Assembly (NCBI RefSeq): GCF_009914755.1
Contig: NC_060940.1
Strand: one strand, 5' to 3'
Length of the DNA stretch: 64,000 nucleotides
Source: the human T2T-CHM13v2.0 reference genome, Homo sapiens
The notes below the pieces were generated by a model that did not search any database, was not told where the DNA came from, and worked only from the letters and a program-made list of their open reading frames with translations. A program made the translations under genes and the position numbers. Positions 51,311 through 64,000 of this stretch are shown one piece after another (the first letter of the stretch is position 1; each line of letters starts with the position of its first letter).

Positions 51311-52178
51311 AGGAGAGTTATCCCGGCTTTAATGACGAGAAAACCGAGGCACAGAGAGGTGAACCCAGTTGGCCAAGGTCACACAGCTAGTGGGGAATGA
51401 GGCCATATCAACCCCTGTTTCTGGACAGCCCAGGAGCCCCAAGTGCTGGCTCCAGCAGGGCATGCTGCTCCTCCGTCTGTGCGCTCTTTTCCTTATCTGC
51501 CTCCCAAGCCTCTGCGGCACCTGGGCAAGTCTAACCAACAGTGCCACCCGGGGCAGTGGGACAGAGGCATCACAGGTTATGATTTTGTCCCAAAGACCCC
51601 TCCGTCAAGGGACAAGGCATTAGAGGCCAGAGTGACTTTCATGCCACCCTTTTTTGTTGTGACAACACCCTGTCCACCTTCCCTTTCCCTCCCTCCCAGT
51701 GCCGTCATACTGGTGACTGTGACACAAACCACTTTCAAAAAGTGTGGGTTCCCTGCTTGTTGGATTCTGAGGCATCAGGGCTGGGGTCCCTGCAAGTTAT
51801 GCTGCCCGGACCCCCTTCTTTTACAGATGGGGAGGCCAGGAGCCCAGCCCCTCAAATCTGCAGGGCACTGTAGTCTGCCCTGCCCTGCCTCCCCAGCCTC
51901 CCATCACCAGGAGGGGAGCCCAGGAGCTACTGAGCAGCCAGGATTGGAACTGTGCAGCCAGCCAGGGATCCAGGGATCCAACCACATGAGGTTGCAGTCC
52001 TGCCCCCAGGAAGAGTACAGTGTTATCTTCCAGACAGAACCTTGAGTTAACTGATAAGGCCTGGCTTATCCGAGGGCAGCCACGGATAAGCTGCCCTGGT
52101 GGGGTGGTGACTGCACATTTTTCAAGCCCTTTATTCTAAGTTTACTTGCTCCCTGGTCTGAGCCTCCATCAGCTGCTA

Positions 52179-52540
<362 letters not shown>

Positions 52541-53064
52541 ATAAGCCATGTCACTTCTCTGCTTAACGAGCCATCTCAGTCAGACATGGGACCCAGGATG
52601 CAATCTGCACCAGCTCCCCCGCCTGTTCCCAGCTTACTTCTCTCTAGCCTCCTTGAACATGCCCATCATATTCCTAGTACATCTGCTTGGGATACACTAG
52701 CCCAGAAATTTGCAGGGCTGGCTCCACTCCTTGTTTTATTCAGGCCTCTGCTCAAATGCTCCCTCCTCAGAGAGTCCCTCTCTAACCCCTGGGTCTAATA
52801 TTGAAACCCCAACATGCTCTGGCCCTGGCCGTGTCACTTAGCCTGGTTTGTGTCTGCCCCGCCCCGCAGGTTCCCAGGACAGAGATCTGTTCTGTTTTGC
52901 ACCCCCAGGTCTCCCCAGTGCCTCACACAGCACACATAGCTCTCAGTAAAAACATGGGCTGGGTGGAAGCCACAGATGGTGATACAGCTCAGAAGGAAGA
53001 AGTTTCTCAGAACTTTCTAAAAAGTGCCCCCCTACTCCCCACTCCTGCCTGTGTCTTTCTTTCT

Positions 53065-53380
53065 GTCTTTTCCTTCTTTCTTTCTTTTTTTTTCTTTTCT
53101 TCTGAAGCAGGGTCTCACTCTGTCACCCAGGCTGGAGTGCAGTAGTGCCATCATAGCCCACTGCAGCCTCAACTTCCTGGGCTCAAGTGATCCTCCTGCC
53201 TCAGCCTCCCGAGTAGCGAGGATCTTAGGCATGTGCCACCACAACTGGCTAATTTTTCCATTTTGTAGAGATCAGTCTTGCTCTGTTGCCCAGACTGGTC
53301 TTGAACTTCTGGGTGCAAGTGATCCTCCTACCTCAGCCTTCCTAAGTGCTGGGATTACAGGCCTGAGCCTCTGTGCCTGC
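53065..53380 (-). mobile_element. Alu (J-like)
   Basis: Antisense dimer. Confidence 0.9.
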
Positions 53381-53922
53381 CTACCAGCCTGTCTTTTGAG
53401 GCATGAAAGCAGAGTTCTCCTGTGAGGTTTTGATAGGGCAGATGGTGGCCCTTGGGGACCCCTGCATCCCATCGCAAGTGCTGAAGTGTGCAGGTTGCGG
53501 GACAGCCGCACGGAGGTGCTGCCTGCTGGTATGGAGTGTGCCTCTGTGGTCCAGCAGGGCCCCCCAGTACAATGGGGAGAACTAGGGCATCTTGGCCTGG
53601 TAACTTCCATGCCTGTCTCTTCCACTGCCCACCTCAGCTGGGCACCCTTCTCTGCCTACCCTGGCCCAGCCCTCACTGCCCCTCCCTCCCTGACTCAGTG
53701 GGCACACTCCTGCCTCCTCATGCCCTCTGGGCACCCTGGCCCTACTGCAGGTGGTGTCTCTATCTACCCATCACGAGGACCAGAGTTTGCCACTATAACA
53801 TCCTCACCCCTGCATGAGGGTCTCCGTTTCAGATCCTGTGGAGGCTTCTTCCCTCTTTCATGAGTCAGCACAGGCCCCATGCTGTGGGCCTGGGCACATC
53901 TGCTTTTTCCAAAGGCACCTCA

Positions 53923-54613
<691 letters not shown>

Positions 54614-54696
54614 CTAGTCTGGCTCTCTCAGGCTGTGGCGCTCACAGACGATTCTCCTTTTCCAGCTGCAGTGCTGAAAGCATCCATCCTTTTCAC

Positions 54697-55322
<626 letters not shown>

Positions 55323-55728
55323 CCCTGTTCACTTTTTAAATGTTCTGCCATTTGCCAGGTGCAAATTCTTTCAGTCCAGTGGGAAGTGAGGATTTCCACA
55401 CATCTACTCACAGCCTGCCCGCCCACTGCTGGAGCCTGGCTTTTGCCTTTGGAGACTCCAGTGCCTGGCCTGTCTGGGTTCCTCTGCTCCTATGTCCCCA
55501 TCCTGCCTCCCACACACCACTCCTCTGCCTCCCTCAGCTGGGCCCGCACTGCCACCTGTTCTCCTCCTCGTGCTCACCCTGTTCCCACGGGACTTCAGGG
55601 GCCTCTGCATGGGCTTCTATTCTTCCTGCATTTTCTTGGCTTTTGAGTCCTTCCCCTCCCACACCCTTCATCTCCTGGGGCCCCCAGACCCAGAGAGCAT
55701 ACAGCACACCCTGCCATTATCTGCTCCA

Positions 55729-55730
<2 letters not shown>

Positions 55731-55789
<59 letters not shown>

Positions 55790-55939
55790 ACAGACAGACA
55801 GTCTCGCCCTGTCACCCAGTCTGGAGTGTAGTGCCACAATCTTAGCTCACTGCAGCCTGGACCTCCTGGGCTCAAGTGATCCTCTTGCCTCGGCCTTCCA
55901 AAGTGCAGGAATTGCAGGTGTGAGTGACCACGCCCGGCC
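55731..55939 (-). repeat. (TG)n ~28 units (55731-55786) forming the tail of an antisense Alu monomer (55787-55939)
   Basis: Direct reading. Confidence 0.92.
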
Positions 55940-56427
55940 TTCTTTTTTGTTAGCTTTTGCTTGTAACAAAACTGCCGCCTCTGTCCTTCTCTGAGATAAT
56001 TGCCCTCTTAAGGTCCCGAGTATAGACATCTCCCCTTCCTTCTCCTCAGCCCGCTTGTGCAAGGTCTTTGAGTGAGAGATTCATGATCAGCCCCAGGCCC
56101 TTGTCCTCCCCCTCCAGCCCCATCCTTTCCCTCCTCTCCTTCCCTCCTCCCTGCAGAGCCACCACAGGCCTGGAACGAATCTGCAGAAGAAGCCCAAGTG
56201 GGTGTGGCCATTCTCTATGTGACAGTCGCAGGCAGCCCAAAGCCTGGCTTTCCCCTTTGGGCATGGGAACCCCTAGTGCCCTCTGATTTTTCTCCACCAC
56301 CTGGCCTGCTGGAATGCAGGTGGCTGAACTCTTCCTTATTTTGGGAAAAATGGCAGAAATACTGGTTTCATTCTTCTGCTTTCCACTCCTGTGATTTGGG
56401 GTCATTTTCCTCCTTGTACTTACCTAG

Positions 56428-56820
<393 letters not shown>

Positions 56821-57916
56821 TAGGAGGATCTGTAGCAGGCACAGTCCAGTGCTGGGATACAAAGGGCAGAACGATGGGCAACACTGAGCTTCTCCTCTAA
56901 TCCTCACAACACTGAGGCTCGGAGGCTGAGTGAGCTGCCCGGGAGTTCACAGCCTCGCAGAGCGGGGCAGAGAGGTTTCTAGGCAGACGCAGGGGAAGGC
57001 AAGGCAGAACCTGTGAGTTCTCCTTTACCTGGACGTGTGCTGGTCCCTGATTAGTTTCCCTCACCAGGCCTGAAAGTGGCCCGAGTCTGAGCTGGCCAGC
57101 TGTCTTGTTGTACAGATGGGGAGACGGGGACCCAGAGTGGGTGAGTCGCACAGCCAGAGCCAGGCCCCCGCAGAGTGTCTGTGGGCCCCTCGGCCTCAGG
57201 GAGAGCCTGGCAACTCAGACGCGGGGTTCCAGCCCCCGCTCCTCCCCAGCCATCTGTGCAGCCTCGTAACCTGTGGGTGCATTTTGAGCCTCTCTCCCCT
57301 CATCGGTGAAGCCTGATTGTTCATCCAGATCTGTTTGTGTCTGGGGAGCCCCTTCCATGCCAGCATCATACTGAGAGCACAGCTAGATGTGGTCCCGCCC
57401 TCGTGGTGCCCGCGGTCCGGTGGGTAGAACACGCACTAGCCAGACTCAAACGGTTCACTGTGAAGTAAGCTCCAGTGATCTGAGGCACAAAGCGACCAGG
57501 TCTGGAGAGGTGGGAGCAGCTGCCACTGTAACTTTGTGTGGATTGGAAAAGGTCCCTCTTTCCCCCTCACTGTGTGGGCCTCAGCTTCCCCATCCCTACA
57601 AGTGGGCATGTTAGTCACGCCCACCTCCCCCCTTCCCTCCCTTCCTTCCACCCTTGTGGCCTGATGGTCAGACCATGAAAAACATCTATGGGAGCAGAAG
57701 GGCAAAGTGACCAACAGCAAGGATTTGCAGTGGGACATTCCAGCACTTTCTAGCCCTGTGACAGCCTCTCTGAGCCTCACCCTTGTGGCCTGTAAGATGG
57801 AATCCACACCTCCTTAATGAGGACGCTCACACGCTCCTCCACCAAGTACTTGGTAGCCAATGCCTGGCACTTCGGTGAGCCCTTGGTCACTTTTGTTAAC
57901 ATTGAGACAGACTGGT

Positions 57917-58097
57917 GGGCTGGGTGCGGTGTTTCATGCCTGTAATCCCAGCGCTTTAGGAGGCCAAGACAGGAGGATCATTTGAACCCAGGAGTTGGAG
58001 GATACAGTGAGCTGTGATTGCACCACTGCACTCCAGCCTGGGTGATAGAGTGAGACCCTGTCTCTAAAAAAAAAAAAAAAGAAAAGAAAAGAGAAAA
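57917..58097 (+). mobile_element. Monomeric Alu (FRAM-like) ~100 bp upstream of exon 3
   Basis: Single arm with A tail; TSD agacagact.g. Confidence 0.85.
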
Positions 58098-58196
58098 GAC
58101 AGACTAGGGGACAGAAATTGAGTCTGCTAAGGCCCCACGGGCTCCCCAGACCAGCCAGGGCCTAACTTGCCACCCCCTCTGTTTGCCTTCCCCTAG

Positions 58197-58241
58197 GAGA
58201 GCTCCGATGCCTTCCTCTTGGCTGCAGACACAGACTGGAAG
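58197..58241 (+). CDS. NDRG4: NDRG4 exon 3 (45 nt): ESSDAFLLAADTDWK
   Basis: Branch-like CCTAAC at 58161-58166, polypyrimidine tract, CCCTAG| acceptor, AAG|GTAGGT donor; phase 0/0, in frame after exon 2. Confidence 0.95.
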
Positions 58242-60127
58242 GTAGGTCAAGGCTCAGACCCCCAAGATGTGGGACTGACAGCTGGCAGCCCCTCACCCCA
58301 CCTGGCCAGGTCCCAGAGGAGGGTCACAGCCCTTCTGTGTGCCCCCTGCCTAACAGAGAGATGCTGGGGTGGGAGATGAACTGGCCCTGCTTCTGCGAGC
58401 AGCAGGGAAGAGACGGGGCCTCTAGGGGGAGTGAGAATGGAAAAGAGAGTGAGGGATGTTGTCATCTGAATCAGCATTTTCCTCCAATGAAAGGCAGGTT
58501 GACTCTAAAATAGCTCCTGTTTCCATGACAGCTGTTGCCAGGACAACCCTGTCCTCCTTAGTTGATGCCAGGTTCTCCGTGGAAACTGAAAGCGCCCTTT
58601 GTTTTTATTCCTCCGGGTGATGATGTTGCTCACTCGGCCAGTCGTTTCTCCCCTCTGAGTCCCACAGTGACCATTGATTTCCGGGTCTGGGAAAATGCCT
58701 GACAGCAGACACAAGGGAACCCTGCTGGGTTCTGGGGCCCCACTGGCCATCCCGACATGCTGAACCAATTCAGACCCTTCCTCCTGGTAAGGTGGAAGCA
58801 GCTCCCGAGTCTCTGTCCTTGCCTGGGCCTGACCTGGTTTTGGGTCAGCCTCCAAGCCCCGTGACAGCACCAGCCAAGTGGTCTGGATGCAGGGGTGACA
58901 CGGAGGCGGGGCTGCCCTTTGGCTCGTCCCCCAGTGGGAGCAACGCGAGGATCAGTGTGAGAATCTGGGCCTGTGTGCTGGTCCCTCGGTCACGCGCCAC
59001 TTCAAGGACGAGAGGGGAGACTTCAGGGCAGCCAATGTACATGTGCTCAGATCCTCCGGGAATGCCATCTCCAAGCACAAAGGGCTCTGGAGCTGGAAGG
59101 AGAGGCTAGGGTTCCGGCAGTGGGGAGTGAATGGGAGCCCAGGAGGTGGGATGGGAGGGAAGTGGTCGGGAGCTGGCCCAGGCTGGTGGGAAGGGACAGC
59201 CGGAGATCAGGGCAGGCTCACCAGGGGATTTTCTTTGTCCTCCATGCTGCAAATGAGGATGAGCTATGCAGGCAAATGGGCCCTGGAGGAGGGGGTTGGC
59301 CAAGTAAAATCTCAGAGCAGCCAGCCGGTGCCTCAACACACTGGTCCCACAGTGTGGGAGGCCGACGCCAACAGTGCTGATGCCAGCCCCAGCACACAGG
59401 CCCACGGTGTGGGGGACAGGCAGAGGGGAATCCTGGAGTCGTGGAGGAGACCCTACCATACCTCTGGGTTCCCAACTGCTGCTGCGAAGCTGCCTCTGGC
59501 CCCTGAGCCCTCTGAGCTGCAGCCCCGGAGTTGCGGGGCCCAGGGTGTGTGGGACCCCGGTTCTCAGGATCCTCTGCTTGGTAAAAGGCAGGTTGCATTA
59601 AAAGGCACCTTCCTGTCCACTCCTGTCACACCACATGGAGGCAGCATTTTTTTCGTTTTTTGTTTTAGAAAAGCAGCCACAAGAATGGATGGTCGTTATC
59701 TGGGCCAAGACCTGGCAGGGATTTTATCTCCTGCTCACTATGGCAGGCGTTGTCACTGTCCCCTGCCTCCGTGGGGGCAGCCAGTGGGGGAGGTAGTATA
59801 GCAGAGGGACTAACATGAGCCAGACAGACCTAGGTTCTGGCCCCGCCACTTCCAAGCATGTGACCTCCAGCCCAAGTCACTCCATTTGTCTACCGCATTT
59901 TCAGGGAGACAGGCAGCACGGACCTCCCGAGTGTTTCTAAGGCGATGGTGCCCATGGGCCCCTCATATGGACACTCAGCTGACCGTGACGAGTGGCCACC
60001 AGAGTGTGGAGTTAGCACCAAACTGCCTGGGTGTGGTTCCTGGCTCTGTGCCCACTAGCTGTGTGATGTTAGGCAGGTTACCAAACCTCCCTGTGCTTTA
60101 TTTGCCTCATTTGTAAAGAGGGTATTA

Positions 60128-60716
<589 letters not shown>

Positions 60717-60782
60717 TTACTAGCCAAGTGAGGAAATTACCTAACCTCTCCAACTCTCAGTTTCCTCATCCCTTCTCATAGG

Positions 60783-61088
60783 TCCATGAGGATTATATGT
60801 ATTATCCTTGCAGCTGCCTGTGCAGTAGGCACTGCTGTTTCTCCCATTTACATACGGAGGCTCAGAGAGGTTGATTGACTTCCCCAAGGTCACACAGCAA
60901 AGAAGTGGCAGAGCTATGAGTGGCACCAGGGTTTGGCTGGCAAGACCTGGGTTTGGCTGGCAAGACCTGAGCCTGCCTTGTCTGGCCACTGTAACTGCAC
61001 AACCACCAGAAAAAGGGCCAACAATTTGGAGAGGCACACAGGCTGCCTCATTTCTCCCCTGCCAGGACCTGGGCAGGGGTGGGGTCAG
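60783..61088 (+). repeat. Inverted repeat arm A (pairs with 61940-62225)
   Basis: Reverse complement of 61940-62225; ~22 substitutions in 286 bp plus one extra 20-bp unit. Confidence 0.95.
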
Positions 61089-61784
61089 ATCTAGAGTGAT
61101 TTCTGCAGTTTTTTCTGATTCTCACAGCAGCTTGGTGAGAAAGGCACACAGTCCCTGCTTTACAATTAGAAGCCTGAGACACAGAGAGGTTAAAAAAAAA
61201 ATCTTGCCCAAGGTCACCCGGCTGGTAGGGGGCCAGGAAGGACTTAAACCCACGTCTGTGGGTTTGCAGACAGCTGAGCAGTCATGGAGGCTGTGGCTTG
61301 GAGTGGGCAGTGTCGCAGGTCAGCTTGTCACCTGGGTCCAAAGGTGGGGAGAGGCCACTCAGGGGTCAGAGGTTGGAGTGGGCGTAGGATTGGGTGGGGC
61401 CTTGGGGGACATGGGAGGGCATTGTGGGCAGAGGGCAGGGCTGTGCCTCAGTTTTCCAAGCCTCTTCCTGTGCCACAGTGCCTGCAGGAATGGGGAGCAT
61501 GGCCAGGAGGTGACGGGCCAGGGGGACTCCCCATTCTACTTCCTGCTGCCCTGGGGAGCACAGGGCCTGTCAGTCTTCCCTAGGCCTCCAGAGTAAGAGG
61601 TGAGAGATGGAATAGGTGCCCCCAGGCAGAGGACATGACCAGCAATAGTGTACATAGCAGGTGTCGACCAGGTCAGCAGGTACCCAGAGATGAAGAGATG
61701 ACCACTTTCTCCAAGGGCAGCCAGTCAGCATGCAGGGCCATCAGCATGGGCTGGGGTGAGTGGCGTGTTCCTTCTTCAGCAAGA

Positions 61785-62225
61785 CAGGGAGAGGAAGCCG
61801 GATAGGAGGCAGCTACTGACGTTGACATGCCCACCTCCTGTAGACCCACCCGGCCCTTGTTCCTGGAGGCAACCAGTTTGGGGCTTGGCTCTCGGGTATC
61901 TGGGGAGCAGGACACTAGGGCTATCTCAGGCTCTGTGCCCTGACCCCACCCTTGCCCAGGCCCTGGCAGGAGAGAAATGGGGCAGTCTGTGTGCCTCTCC
62001 AAACTGTTGGCCCCTTTTCTGGCAGTTGTGCAGTTATCGTGGCCAGACAAGGCAGGGTCAGGTCTTGCCAGCCAAACCCTGATCCCACTCATAGGTCTGC
62101 CACTTCTTTGCTGTGTGACCTTGGGCAAGTCAGTCAACCTCTCTGAGCCTCCATATATAAATGGGAGAAACAGCAGTGCCTACTGCACAGGCAGTTGCAA
62201 CGATAATACATATAATCTTCATGGA
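61785..62225 (-). repeat. Compound inverted copy B'A' (B' 61785-61942, A' 61940-62225)
   Basis: Its reverse complement equals arm A joined directly to arm B through a shared CAG. Confidence 0.95.
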
Positions 62226-62420
62226 TTTGGGAGCATAGGCACGCAGCAGCCCCCTTCTCTCTGTGGCTCCTGCTCTCCCAGCCTTGGGCCCCCTCCTCTG
62301 CTTCCCTCTCTGGCCTATTTCCTCTCCTCCTGTGCACTTCTTGGCCTTTCTTCTCCTCTGCTCACTCCACCTGCAGGCCTCGGGCGAGCTCGCCACCCAG
62401 ATCCTTGCTGCCCAGGAGAA

Positions 62421-62580
62421 CAGGGCACGGAGCCTGAGATAGACCTAGTGTTCTGCTCCCCAGAGACCCGAGAGCCAAGCCCCAAACTGGTTGCCTCTGG
62501 GAACGAGGGCCGGGTGGGTCTACAGGAGGTGGGCATGTCAATGTCAGCAAGCTGCCTCCTAGCCCCGCTTCCTCTCCCTG
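62421..62580 (+). repeat. Inverted repeat arm B (pairs with 61785-61942)
   Basis: Reverse complement of 61785-61942; ~13 differences in 160 bp. Confidence 0.95.
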
Positions 62581-63219
62581 GTGGTCTGGAGCCCCTGGCA
62601 GCAGGGTGAGGGTGGGGAGGGCAGAGCTGGTGTGTGCCTGACCATACCCCTGGCCCTGCTATCTGCCCAGGGCCCCTGGCCCCCGGCCCCCAAACTCCAT
62701 TTTCAGCATGTGGGGAAACCCCCTGTATCTGCGTGGGCAAGGTGGGATTTTCATCCCTGGTGGGTGGAGAAGGAGCAGCCCCTTGAAGCAGGGTGATAAC
62801 CCAAGTTGCCCCAGAAAGCAGCAGCTCCCCAGGCCTCCACAAGGTTAAGCGATGGAACCTTCCTAATGGGAAGGCTGGGCGTGGGGGTCTGGTCCCCAAG
62901 ATGTTGGGCTTGGGGCCCTCTCGGGCCCTCCATACTCCCCAAGGTGTGGGTCAAGGGCTCTAGCTGTCTGGGCAGTGCCCATGCACCCTGCCCTGCCCCG
63001 CATTGGTAAGCTGTGCATGTCTGTGACGACCCTGTGTGTACCTGACATGGGTGAGTCTGTACGTGTGGTCTCGGCTTTTGTATTCGGAGGATCCCGTGTG
63101 AGCTGCAGCTGTTGGCGTGTGCCTATGTGCTGGGGGCGGATGCAGGGGCTGGGGACCATCAAGGATGATGTGTGGCTGGGGTGGGAGGAGCAGTGACAGG
63201 GCTGGGGCAAGGAGGACTT

Positions 63220-63481
63220 CAGAAGCCAATTGGAGCCAGGCTTGTCTCCCAGCAGCCAATATGGGAGCTGGGGCTCCTGGTAAGCGAGTGGCTGCTCAGA
63301 AACCCTGCGGGGAGGAGGGGCTAGCTAGGCTGGGCCAGGATCCCTGTATAAATGGCCCAGGAGCTGTGCCCCATCACAGAGCCGACCATCTCCCACTCGA
63401 GCTGCCCCCGCCCTCTGGACCCGAGTGACTCAGGCCTTTGTTTGTCCTTCCTGGTAGAGGCGGGTTCCCTCCCTCGGCAAG
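63220..63481 (+). promoter_or_regulatory. NDRG4: Internal TATA promoter and 5' UTR of the short NDRG4 isoform
   Basis: CCAAT at 63226-63230 and 63256-63260, TATAAA at 63347-63352, AP-1 TGACTCA at 63426-63432, ATG 135 nt after the TATA box. Confidence 0.75.
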
Positions 63482-63502
63482 ATGCCGGAGTGCTGGGATG
63501 GG
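63482..63502 (+). CDS. NDRG4: NDRG4 short-isoform (NDRG4-B type) first coding exon: MPECWDG
   Basis: GGCAAG-ATG at 63482, 7 codons, donor GGG|GTGAGT at 63503. Phase 0 like exon 3, so both can join the same downstream exon. Confidence 0.92.
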
Positions 63503-64000
63503 GTGAGTGAGGGCGCTGCGGGCATCAAGGTGGGCCGGGAGGATGGTGCATCCTTATGACCCACCGCAGGGAGGAAGTGCCCCCCTCAACCCACATCTGG
63601 TGGCAGCCCGGCCTTCAAATAGCCTCACCCTGGGGTCACTGAGACACGGCCAGAGTGCTCCAGGTTCCCTGGTGATCCTGTTTGCAGGAGTGGCTGGGGG
63701 CAGCTGCTAGTCAGAGCCCATAGCAGGGGCTGGGGGGAGCGTGTGGTTGGGGGGTGGGTGACATATCTGCAGGAAATGGAACGTGGAAGGCACTGTCTGA
63801 CTTGGCTGCATTGCCCGTGTGGACCCGGGCGCTAGTGCCTGCATGTCCCTCTGACCGTGTGCCCTCTGGTGTGCGCTTGGATGGTGTCTGCCTTGGTGAT
63901 GCCTGGGGCCATCAGGCCAGGGGGCGGGGGTGTCCTTGGTGAGCCCCCGAGGCTGTGTGCCCAGTGTGCGTGCCGGGTCTGTGCGTGCAGGGGCTGCCGT

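Noticed and set aside
61785-62225. Possibility that the inverted insert is a processed (spliced) retrocopy
   Set aside because: The fused junction has no GT-AG on either strand, and there is no poly(A) tail or evident TSD.

Overview
This is human (primate) genomic DNA covering about 26 kb of repeat-rich upstream sequence and the 5' part of NDRG4 (N-myc downstream-regulated gene 4; chr16q21 from recall) on the + strand. The spliced peptides identify the gene. A CpG island at ~26.4-28.0 kb holds at least two alternative first exons: a non-coding one ending at 27034 and a coding one giving MKVLGHRLELLT (27668-27704). Exon 2 (50997-51091) carries the [16 protein letters not shown] start, exon 3 (58197-58241) encodes ESSDAFLLAADTDWK, and an internal TATA promoter drives the first exon of the short isoform (MPECWDG, 63482-63502). 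The catalytic-fold exons lie beyond the window. The rest is about 49 Alus plus MIR, L2, old L1, MaLR/ERV LTRs, DNA-transposon remnants, microsatellites and a full-length U6 retrocopy. Nearly all ORFs in the supplied track are spurious. I see no new protein-coding system. The most unusual feature is a compound, interleaved inverted duplication (A...B'A'...B, both arm pairs ~92% identical by hand alignment) 0.8-2.6 kb upstream of the internal NDRG4 promoter. Several cardiac/muscle-type motif clusters and isoform-specific N-terminal and uORF features also merit checking. Repeat subfamily names and boundaries are by eye and approximate.
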